A stretch of 43,498 nucleotides of DNA from contig JBGTKH010000387.1 of assembly GCA_041744735.1 (NCBI GenBank), positions 1 through 43,498 of the forward strand. Direction: 5' to 3'. Shown here in pieces: positions 37,040-43,498 of the stretch. The notes under the pieces are model-generated. The model did no database searches and was not told where the DNA came from. It saw only the letters and a program-made list of their open reading frames with translations. Position 1 is the stretch's first letter. Every line of letters starts with the position of its first letter. The stretch comes from Pirellulaceae bacterium (GTDB taxonomy: Bacteria; Planctomycetota; Planctomycetia; Pirellulales; Pirellulaceae). The position numbers were made by a program, and so were the translations under genes.

Positions 37040-37060
37040 GGACGGATTGCCAATCCGTCC
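37040..37060. repeat. 10-bp perfect palindrome ggacggattg-c-caatccgtcc just after the gnd stop (REP-like or terminator stem)
   Basis: The sequence reads directly as a perfect inverted repeat at 37040-37049 and 37051-37060. Confidence 0.7.
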
Positions 37061-37105
37061 CCGTACCGTGTTCGCGGTTAAACGACGAAATCGAGAGAGA
37101 CACAC

Positions 37106-37891
37106 ATGTCCGCCGAGTATCTATCGAAATTATTCGGCCTCGATGGCCAGATCGCCGTTATCATCGGCGGCACAGGCGTCTTGGGAGGCGCGTTTTGCGA
37201 CGGGCTGGCACAGGCCGGTGCTCACGTGATCGTTGCCGGCCGATCCGAAGAGCGCGGACAAGAGCGAGTCAATGCAATCGGCGCATTAGGCGGGCAATCT
37301 GAATTCCTCGCCGTAGATGCCACATCCCGCGAGTCCATCCGCACACTGTTGGAAAAGACGCTTGAGCGACACAACCGCGTCGATATCCTGGTCAACTGTG
37401 CCGGCGTCAATTCGGCGACACCGTATGAACAGATCGCCGACGAAGACTGGCACCGCGTGATCGACGGCAATTTGACCTCGACGCATCTGGCGATTCAAAA
37501 CTTCGCGCCGCAAATGGCCGGCCAGCCGCAAGGCGGTTCGATCCTGAACATCGGCAGCGTCACGGCTCACCTGCCGCTGTCGCGCGTGTTCGCGTATTCG
37601 GCGTCGAAAGCCGCGGTGGTGAATCTCACCCAGAACGTGGCTCGCGAGTACGCCACTCGCAACGTCCGCATCAACGCCCTCTGCCCCGGCTTCTTTCCGG
37701 CCGAACAGAACCGCAAGATCCTCGACGCTCAGCGCGTGGACAACATCATGCGTCAAACCCCGATGGCCCGCTTCGGCGAACCCGAAGAACTAATCGGCGC
37801 CGCGCTGCTGCTAGTCTCCCGCACCGCCGGCAGCTTCATCACCGGCGCCGCCCTCTACGTCGACGGCGGATTCACCGGCATGCGGTTCTAA
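37106..37891 (+). CDS. SDR-family oxidoreductase (gluconate 5-dehydrogenase-like)
   Basis: IIGGTGVLGGAF (TGxxxGxG-type), NCAG, and the catalytic YSASKAAVVNLTQ (YxxxK). Confidence 0.88.
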   Translation: MSAEYLSKLFGLDGQIAVIIGGTGVLGGAFCDGLAQAGAHVIVAGRSEERGQERVNAIGALGGQSEFLAVDATSRESIRTLLEKTLERHNRVDILVNCAGVNSATPYEQIADEDWHRVIDGNLTSTHLAIQNFAPQMAGQPQGGSILNIGSVTAHLPLSRVFAYSASKAAVVNLTQNVAREYATRNVRINALCPGFFPAEQNRKILDAQRVDNIMRQTPMARFGEPEELIGAALLLVSRTAGSFITGAALYVDGGFTGMRF

Positions 37892-38150
37892 GTACGACCG
37901 TCGCCAATTTGTGCAAACGGATGACGGACTGAACTCGTAAACCCGCTCTCCGAAATTCCGTGTGCGAAGTCTGCACCTGCAAATCCGTTGGAATCGCGCC
38001 ACCGCGAACGACGCTGGAGATTCCAGCCACGATCAAATCTTGTCCGATCAATGCAGCCGAGACAACCAAACAAGGACGCAGACTGGCGCCGGTCAGATCG
38101 GTGAACGGAAATTGCGTCAACAAGACGTCGCCACGCGAGTAGGTCGGCAT
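37872..38150 (-). CDS. MazF/PemK-like toxin; no adjacent antitoxin and apparently C-terminally truncated
   Basis: The N-terminus is typical of PemK/MazF: SRGDVLLTQFPFTDLTGASLRPCLVVS...DLIVAGISS. The 3' end overlaps the SDR gene by 20 nt, and the protein ends early at 92 aa. Confidence 0.55.
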   Translation of the reverse strand: MPTYSRGDVLLTQFPFTDLTGASLRPCLVVSAALIGQDLIVAGISSVVRGGAIPTDLQVQTSHTEFRRAGLRVQSVIRLHKLATVVLRTACR

Positions 38151-38179
38151 TATGCGGGCTCACCGCCGCGCAGGATTTG

Positions 38180-38437
38180 CTATAATTGCACACGTGTCAC
38201 GGGCCAGCAAGGATTAACGGCATGGCGAATTCGATGAAACTTCGACTTAAATTGGTCAAAGGAAAAATCCTCGAACGTCCTTGCCTTTTCGCTTGTCCAT
38301 CCTGATCCAAGTACGCGTTCGAGCGACGATGCCAGCGACCACGTCGCGTTTGCATGTCCCCGAAAAATGAAGTGATTTGGAAGACAATTCAGTCGTTCAA
38401 TCAGGTCTTCCGCTGAATCGATCAATATCTCATTCAT
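38180..38437 (-). pseudogene. N-terminal fragment of an FRG-domain protein
   Basis: The 85-aa ORF carries the eponymous motif (NHFIFRGHANATWSLASSLER) but stops far short of the usual length of about 250 aa. Confidence 0.5.
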
Positions 38438-38525
38438 TCGATCGTACCCGATGGTAAAGTTTGCTCCTGTTGACTTCCGGCTTGGTCGTGGTAATATATG
38501 ACAACTCGGATGCGGCGGACGATAT

Positions 38526-38780
38526 ATGCGCTACTTGCGGATCATCTGGGACTTGGAGGACGACGAGGACGGCAACGTCCAGCATATCGCAGAAAACGAA
38601 GTGACGCCCGACGAGGTCGAGGAGATCCTGCGAACGGCTGATGAAGCGCAGTTCAGCCGCTCCAGTAGCCGGCCACTGGTGTTCGGCTATACGAACGCCG
38701 GCCGGTTGATCGCGGTGATCTTCGACTGGGTGGATGAAGATACGGTATATCCCGTCACTGCCTACGAACCGGAGGAATGA
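38526..38780 (+). CDS. BrnT-like (DUF497-like) small toxin candidate
   Basis: 84 aa. IIWDLEDDEDGNVQHIAENEVTPDEVEEIL ... FGYTNAGRLIAVIF...VYPVTAYEP resembles the BrnT skeleton (WD..N..KHGV..eEa..vf ... G.t..GR.l.vv). It is followed 3 nt later by an HTH gene. Confidence 0.45.
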   Translation: MRYLRIIWDLEDDEDGNVQHIAENEVTPDEVEEILRTADEAQFSRSSSRPLVFGYTNAGRLIAVIFDWVDEDTVYPVTAYEPEE

Positions 38781-38783
38781 ACC

Positions 38784-39161
38784 ATGACCGCACGTCGCAT
38801 TGAGCGGGTTTCTCGCGGACGTAAACTGACACCCGAGGAAGCAGCGCGGTATCGCCAACTGCGGGCGGACATCGAGCGCGAGAAGCCGGCCATCAACGCT
38901 GAGATCCGCGCCCGACTGGCCGAGCAGCGCGAGTTAGCGGCAGTGTTCACCGAACTCAAGCAAGTCCGCGAGTCCCTGGGCCTCAGCCTAACGGACATCC
39001 AAGCGCGCACGGGCATCGACCGTTCGGCGTTGTCCAAGCTGGAGACCGGTCAGCGCGCCAACTTTACGCTGGACACGGTTCGCAAATACGCGGAGGCCGT
39101 CGGCAAGCGCGTGCTCGTCACCCTCGCGGACGCGGCGGAGACCGCGACGGCCGGGCACTAG
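38784..39161 (+). CDS. XRE-family helix-turn-helix antitoxin/regulator
   Basis: The C-terminal HTH is LKQVRESLGLSLTDIQARTGIDRSALSKLETGQRANFTLDTVRKYAEAVG. Its position is consistent with a type II TA pair. Confidence 0.7.
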   Translation: MTARRIERVSRGRKLTPEEAARYRQLRADIEREKPAINAEIRARLAEQRELAAVFTELKQVRESLGLSLTDIQARTGIDRSALSKLETGQRANFTLDTVRKYAEAVGKRVLVTLADAAETATAGH

Positions 39162-39238
39162 CGTGTCTACGACTGCTACCATTCTGGACTCGATCTTAAA
39201 TCAACGATCCGTTTGCCGTAGTCAATTTCGAGATGATG
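39158..39238. repeat. about 80-bp direct repeat, copy 1 (ctagcgtgtctacgactgctaccattctggactcgatctta...)
   Basis: The first 41 nt are identical to 40654-40694. The remainder is about 85% similar. On the minus strand it encodes ...IISKLTTANGSLI-stop, matching the C-terminal tail seen in copy 2. Confidence 0.85.
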
Positions 39239-39315
39239 CGGATCGAGCGGTTCGGTGCCAATTAGACAATCTTTGCCGGGTCCGACCATATGTGAGAAAC
39301 GTTTGGTTCAGGTCG

Positions 39316-39582
39316 TCAAGAAACCCTGTCACGAAACGTCCCTCCGATTTTCACGGCGCCGCCGCCGACTCGAAAGATGTGGACCGGCTTCGCGCCGAAT
39401 CGTTCCCGGCACGCGCGATCGACCTCGCCATAGGTCTTCCCCAACACATAATCGCCCGACTCCGGTTCAACGGCGATCACCTTCCCGAAGTGTTCCCTTT
39501 CAAGCTGTTCTTTCAGCTTTGCATCGTAGACCTTCTTTGCCGCTTCCGCGAACTGCGGTTGATCCCCGCCGAGCATAGTCAT
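39316..39582 (-). CDS. small hypothetical protein, DUF5678-like
   Basis: 88 aa. EHFGKVIAVEPESGDYVLGKTYGEVDRA is reminiscent of DUF5678-type small proteins found in TA-rich loci. It resembles the product of 41685..41906. Confidence 0.4.
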   Translation of the reverse strand: MTMLGGDQPQFAEAAKKVYDAKLKEQLEREHFGKVIAVEPESGDYVLGKTYGEVDRACRERFGAKPVHIFRVGGGAVKIGGTFRDRVS

Positions 39583-39726
39583 CGTTTCACCTCCCGGTAT
39601 ACTCGATTGTTTCTATCCTGCAGTGTAGCAGGTCACCGCAATCCCATCGTATCGCTGCGCGCGGGTCGATGAACCTCTGGCGCTTTCCTCATTGCTGATA
39701 GCCGGCAGCAGAGGTAGACTGTAAAT

Positions 39727-39972
39727 ATGAAGACATTCGAGACAGATACGAAGGTAGGGCCGGGCGGCGTTTTGACGCTGGAGCAGCTTCCGTTTACCGA
39801 CGGCCAGCCAGTGCATGTTCGAGTCGAGGTCAAGTCCGACGACGCAACGGCCTCGCAACCGCGCGTCCTCGGACTGCATCAAGGTTCGGTTTGGATGAGC
39901 GACGACTTCGACCAGCCGTTGCCGGACTCATTCTGGCTGAAGGACGAGCCCAGCGATGAAGCTTCTGCTTGA
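39727..39972 (+). CDS. type II antitoxin (VapB-like) paired with the downstream PIN toxin
   Basis: 81 aa. The C-terminal GLHQGSVWMSDDFDQPLPDSFW is typical of antitoxins that wrap PIN toxins. It overlaps the vapC start by 17 nt. Confidence 0.65.
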   Translation: MKTFETDTKVGPGGVLTLEQLPFTDGQPVHVRVEVKSDDATASQPRVLGLHQGSVWMSDDFDQPLPDSFWLKDEPSDEASA

Positions 39973-40342
39973 CACGCACACTTTCCTGTGGATGGACGCG
40001 GAACCAGCGAAGCTCTCCACAACCGCCCGCTCGCTTATCATCGATCCGAGCAACACGCTCTATCTGAGCGCTGCCAGTCTCTGGGAAATACAGATCAAGT
40101 CGAGCTTGAATAAGCTGCAACTACGAGTTCCGTTGCTGCAGATGGTGAGCGAGAATGAACAGACGAATGGGCTCGTCGTGCTCTCCGTAAACCCCGGCCA
40201 CATTTACGCGCTCGACCAGCTTCCCAACATCCACAACGACCCATTCGACCGGCTAATCGCCAGCGTCGCGCGTAGCGAAACCGCTACGCTGCTGAGTGCC
40301 GATCCCGTGTTCCAACATTATCCCGTGTCGCTGAAGTGGTGA
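39956..40342 (+). CDS. vapC: PIN-domain toxin, VapC family
   Basis: MKLLLDTHTFLW (Asp), SLWEIQIK (Glu), and HNDPFDRLIASVA (Asp). 128 aa. Confidence 0.85.
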   Translation: MKLLLDTHTFLWMDAEPAKLSTTARSLIIDPSNTLYLSAASLWEIQIKSSLNKLQLRVPLLQMVSENEQTNGLVVLSVNPGHIYALDQLPNIHNDPFDRLIASVARSETATLLSADPVFQHYPVSLKW

Positions 40343-40635
40343 ATCGCGCGTACATGACGGTAATTGATGCGATGAAACAAGAATTCCAATTGGTCCTGGC
40401 CATCGACGAATTCACGGATTCCCTCGTCGATTCTCTCTTCGAAGCTGGATTTGACGACGCGCACCTGACCAAATGCGGCGGGCAGCCCTGTATCATCATC
40501 GACGACCGCGACACCACGGACTTGGCCGCCACCGTCCGCGCCGCCGTCGCCGATGCCCAGCGCGCCGGCGTAAAAGTTCTCCACGTTCGAATCCCCGACG
40601 TGGAACTGATCAACGCCGAACTTGCCTCTGCCTGA
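40336..40635 (+). CDS. hypothetical small protein (a decayed paralog lies at 42155-42334)
   Basis: 99-aa ORF from a GTG that overlaps the vapC stop; an alternative ATG lies at 40354. LAIDEFTDSLVDSLFEAGFDDAHLTKCGGQPCIIIDDRDTTDLAA. No family recognised. Confidence 0.5.
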   Translation: MVNRAYMTVIDAMKQEFQLVLAIDEFTDSLVDSLFEAGFDDAHLTKCGGQPCIIIDDRDTTDLAATVRAAVADAQRAGVKVLHVRIPDVELINAELASA

Positions 40636-40653
40636 TTCTGAAACCAAGTTCAA

Positions 40654-40734
40654 CTAGCGTGTCTACGACTGCTACCATTCTGGACTCGATCTTAGTTCAA
40701 CGGTCCGTTTGCTGTAGTCAATTTCGAGACGATG
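40654..40734. repeat. about 80-bp direct repeat, copy 2
   Basis: See copy 1. Here the minus strand reads ...DIVSKLTTANGPLN-stop (ORF 40692..40901). This may be a frameshifted 3' tail of the PIN-like gene upstream of it. Confidence 0.85.
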
Positions 40735-40839
40735 TCGAAGACATCCGCGCGTGCGTTCAGTTTGCCATGGGCACGCTCTCTCTGGAAGAGATTCACCTGG
40801 CCACGCCCGCGCCATGAAGTTCCTTGCTGACCAAGACGT

Positions 40840-41232
40840 TCAGCCGGTCCACTTGTGATACTCCTCGGCGTCGCCACCAATGCGCCACGTGCGAATACCA
40901 CTGTGGCCGACCCGAATCACGGTGCCCTTTCGCTTGGCCCAAGTTCTGCACTCGGCATGTCGTAGGAGTCGACGAATGAAGTTCGCGACCTCGTATTGGT
41001 TGACAGCCAAGCAAACCAAACTATATCGCTCGTGGCACAATTCCGACTTGTAGAAGCCAAGATCACGAGTAAAGAACGTCGGCCGTGAAAGCTGATGGAG
41101 CAGTGGGATAACATGCTCGTTGTCTTTCATCCCTGGCTCGCCGAGGTCTTGGCCGATTTGACGCGTGCGAATCCGCCAACGGTGCAACAACTGACGCTGA
41201 TCTTCGATAATGTTCTCATCGAGGACGTTCAT
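40840..41232 (-). CDS. PIN-like (DUF5615-like) toxin candidate paired with DUF433
   Basis: MNVLDENIIEDQRQLL... 130 aa. It is translationally coupled to the DUF433 gene (ATGA overlap at 41229-41232). The 3' end may be frameshifted into ORF 40692..40901. Confidence 0.5.
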   Translation of the reverse strand: MNVLDENIIEDQRQLLHRWRIRTRQIGQDLGEPGMKDNEHVIPLLHQLSRPTFFTRDLGFYKSELCHERYSLVCLAVNQYEVANFIRRLLRHAECRTWAKRKGTVIRVGHSGIRTWRIGGDAEEYHKWTG

Positions 41233-41540
41233 TTGCCGGCCAACTCGGTTACCAAACCTTCCGGATGATTCCGCAGTGCCTCACCGCCAAGTCGCACCGC
41301 TTCGGCAATCGCATCTTTGGTAATCGCATGGCGCCACTGTTGGCAAATCGTGTCCCACTCAAGCCCCATCGCCACTTGTTCCAAGACGTCGCGAACGAGA
41401 ATCCGCGTTCCTCGAAACGTAGGTTCCCCGTGGCAAATCTGCGGGTCCGCGACGACAAACCGGCCTGTGAGTTGACCCATCGCGCTGTGCTCCATTGATG
41501 CGTCGATATGACGGCGTGCTCGACCGTGCCTCTCGGTCAC
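41229..41540 (-). CDS. DUF433-domain protein (antitoxin-like)
   Basis: VVADPQICHGEPTFRGTRILVRDVLEQVAMGLEWDTICQQW..ITKDAIAEAV matches the DUF433 pattern (dp.i.gG.P.i.GTRi.v..vl). Confidence 0.75.
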   Translation of the reverse strand: MTERHGRARRHIDASMEHSAMGQLTGRFVVADPQICHGEPTFRGTRILVRDVLEQVAMGLEWDTICQQWRHAITKDAIAEAVRLGGEALRNHPEGLVTELAGK

Positions 41541-41684
41541 GGCTTCATTCTAACTCGCAACGCCGACGCGGCATAGACAATTCCGGTTGCCGATCCGACG
41601 TGGCCATGCGGAGCGCCTACCGAGCGCCGGAATCGGCTTGGTGGTTGGAATAGCGTTGTCGGGAAACCGAAAATTCATACCCAG

Positions 41685-41906
41685 CTACAAGACGACCGTG
41701 TCTTGCTCCGGGATCGGTTCCATGACGTAGTCGGCCGGCTTCAATCCCAAGGCGTCGGCCCGCTTGGCTAGTTCCGTTTCCGAATCTCCGCACGCCAGGA
41801 TTTTCGAGCCGTCCGCAGCGAACGCGACCCACATGCCGCGGTACTTCGCCAATTCCGCCGCCGGAAACAACGGCCGGCGGTCGCGCGTGCAATGTTGTGT
41901 CGGCAT
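41685..41906 (-). CDS. small hypothetical protein, DUF5678-like
   Basis: Only the last 73 codons of the 190-aa ORF look genuine, starting at the Met at 41906: ...AELAKYRGMWVAFAADGSKILACGDSETELAKRADALGLKPADYVMEPIP. Confidence 0.45.
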   Translation of the reverse strand: MPTQHCTRDRRPLFPAAELAKYRGMWVAFAADGSKILACGDSETELAKRADALGLKPADYVMEPIPEQDTVVL

Positions 41907-42154
41907 GATTAACGACCTTTCCAACAAACAGGACATTGAAACCGCCAAGAGCCCCGTCGCTATCGAATACAACCAGTGTACACCAAACGACTCATCGCGT
42001 GCAAAGTCATGCAACCATCGGAAGTGGCGGCTGATTCGCAGCGCGAGGCCACGACATTGCTGCAGGCATTTAGAGGATGAAGATGAACGGGACTGGTGCG
42101 CAGAGCGAATGCCGGCTTGCAGGGCGCGGACCAATCGTGTCCGTGAGAATAGGC

Positions 42155-42334
42155 CGCTACCGGCCATCGACGATTTTAAGGATACCGTCGTCGATGCTTT
42201 GTTCGAGCCCGGATTCGACGACGCGCACCTGACACAACTTGGTGGACAGCCCTGCACCGTACGTCATCGATGACCGTGACATCACAGACCTAGCCGCCCC
42301 CGGGACCGACGTCGACACGCCCTTGCCTGTGTAG
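42155..42334 (+). pseudogene. frameshifted remnant paralogous to the 40336..40635 gene
   Basis: It encodes PAIDDFKDTVVDALFEPGFDDAHLTQLGGQPC. After an apparent 1-nt indel, a different frame reads IDDRDITDLAA. Compare LAIDEFTDSLVDSLFEAGFDDAHLTKCGGQPCIIIDDRDTTDLAA in the intact copy. Confidence 0.6.
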
Positions 42335-42349
42335 ACCAGATCGTACATT

Positions 42350-43447
42350 TTAATCGTCTTCCATAATTCGGGCATAAAGATCCTTCGTCGACATGCGTTG
42401 ATCGGCACCGAAATCCCTCGCAACTTTCTTGCATATTTCTAAAGCACCACCTCTTCCGCTAAAACCCTTGAAATCTCCACCATTTGACCAGTCCCAGGCC
42501 TTCCCTGATTTCAAAATACGCAACATGTCCTCGATCTTGTACTGATCAGTCAGCAACACCTTGTCGATCACCACAGCGCCAATGAAGCACACGGCCCACA
42601 GACCGGCACCTCGTAACACGATGTACTCCCGTGGATTGGACCACGCCTTTGGCTGCCATCTTTTCATTGCCGAGAAGAAATTCCTTATGAGCCGAAATTG
42701 GGCATCCGCGTCAGGAACCAGAGGGAGCTGTGACGATTTTGAAAGCAAATATGTGACTCCCGTCCGCAGGGAACGAAGCGGGATGTCTACAGTCGGCGAT
42801 TTTTTCCCACCTTCGAACACCCGTTCGTAAAGCGGGCTTTTCGGATCCCGTCCGAGTTGTTGGGCAATGTAAAGGTCAGGGGAATTGCGTTTAAGCGTTT
42901 CTTCAGGAGTAAGCCGAATTTCAATATTGTCCAAATGACTTGTGTTCATTGCCTTTTGATTATCGTTGATATCCCTGAATAGCACGATTTCTTCTTCTTG
43001 CGTCAGTCCATACGCCATGCAAAACGACACAGTTTTGTCGATCGCAGGAAAATCAGGACTATCACCGTCTGCGTAATGCAACCGATGGTTCCCGTCGATT
43101 CGCGAAATTGCGATACGAACTCTTCCCTTTCGGTTCGTCGCATTAAGATCAATTTCGAGGATTCCAACGTCATTCAAGGACTTGCTTGGAATAAACTCGG
43201 CAATATTCTTCATACGCGCACACAAGAATACCTCAGGCCAAAATGCGAAGTCCCGCGTTTTGACGTATTCATAGGCGTCTTTTGCATGCTTTGGACTTAA
43301 ATCTCGCTGCGTACCTTTGGGATTGAGTTGCTGATCATAAATGTCCGCCTTGGAAATACTGGCCAAGTCGCAGAGTTTGGCATATCCCCTGTATACTGTG
43401 ACGCCAAGAACAACACCCCGTATAACCGGAATGCGCAGCTTTCGCAT
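42350..43447 (-). CDS. DGQHR-domain protein (DndB-like, ParB/Srx-fold)
   Basis: PKGTQRDLSPKHAKDAYEYV (QR motif) and ISRIDGNHRLHY (DGQHR-type motif), then FRDINDNQKAM. 365 aa. Local GC is very low: a spot count on one 60-nt line gives about 37%. Confidence 0.7.
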   Translation of the reverse strand: MRKLRIPVIRGVVLGVTVYRGYAKLCDLASISKADIYDQQLNPKGTQRDLSPKHAKDAYEYVKTRDFAFWPEVFLCARMKNIAEFIPSKSLNDVGILEIDLNATNRKGRVRIAISRIDGNHRLHYADGDSPDFPAIDKTVSFCMAYGLTQEEEIVLFRDINDNQKAMNTSHLDNIEIRLTPEETLKRNSPDLYIAQQLGRDPKSPLYERVFEGGKKSPTVDIPLRSLRTGVTYLLSKSSQLPLVPDADAQFRLIRNFFSAMKRWQPKAWSNPREYIVLRGAGLWAVCFIGAVVIDKVLLTDQYKIEDMLRILKSGKAWDWSNGGDFKGFSGRGGALEICKKVARDFGADQRMSTKDLYARIMEDD

Positions 43448-43498
43448 CGTACTTTTAGGTCACGGCCAACTCGCACTTTGGGCAATCTAGGCTAGAGC

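Noticed and set aside
39163-39672. 169-aa plus-strand ORF starting in the 80-bp repeat
   Set aside because: It overlaps the more protein-like minus-strand ORF 39316..39582 and has Arg/Ser-rich low-complexity composition. The repeat's conserved GTG start could still be meaningful, but this long ORF is probably spurious.
40692-40901. 69-aa minus-strand ORF
   Set aside because: It is not called as a separate gene. It overlaps the 3' end of the PIN-like ORF in another frame, and its tail matches the repeat-encoded tail. It is more likely a frameshifted C-terminus or a remnant.
41907-42257. The upstream 117 codons of the 190-aa minus-strand ORF 41685..42257
   Set aside because: Only the last 73 codons resemble a real (DUF5678-like) protein. 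The upstream part is Ser/Arg/Cys-rich and lies antisense to the paralog remnant on the plus strand.

Overview
This is a high-GC chromosomal fragment that looks planctomycetal (Pirellulales-like). The signs are two CRTAC1/ASPIC-UnbV FG-GAP lipoproteins flanking a TPR gene, multiple groEL copies, and many palindromic REP-like elements in intergenic spacers.

Housekeeping content, in order:
- a kinase-like phosphotransferase, a secreted HExxH zinc metalloprotease, a P-II protein, a receiver-like protein and a polytopic membrane protein
- the CRTAC1-TPR-CRTAC1 trio
- a dnaJ-grpE-fmdB-yacG operon and a groEL-groES-groEL operon
- an HD-GYP response regulator, a POT peptide transporter, purU and a YkgJ-type Cys-cluster protein
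- a DegT aminotransferase, a PfkB sugar kinase, gnd and an SDR oxidoreductase

Three visibly lower-GC accessory patches interrupt this:
1. About 0.2-1.2 kb: a two-gene cassette of unknown function.
2. About 13.4-21.2 kb: a VapBC-like pair, then a five-gene same-strand cassette, then a convergent Zn-ribbon-TIR gene. The cassette runs C5-cytosine methyltransferase, PRTase-like protein, P-loop NTPase, an unknown protein with tandem CARF-like motifs, and an EndoIII-like Fe-S DNA glycosylase. Three consecutive 4-nt stop/start overlaps link the first four genes.
3. About 37.9-43.5 kb: a toxin-antitoxin and defence patch. It holds a truncated MazF-like gene, an FRG fragment, a BrnT-like/XRE pair, a VapBC pair, a DUF433/PIN-like pair, DUF5678-like genes, duplicated and decayed segments, and a very low-GC DndB-like DGQHR gene at the window edge.

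The Dcm-led five-gene cassette (14312-20176) is my best candidate for an undescribed modification-linked defence or DNA-modification system. I see no canonical restriction nuclease in it, and I do not recognise the middle three genes as any named system.

All family assignments are by-eye motif recognition, not database searches. I saw no rRNA, tRNA, CRISPR array, transposase or integrase.
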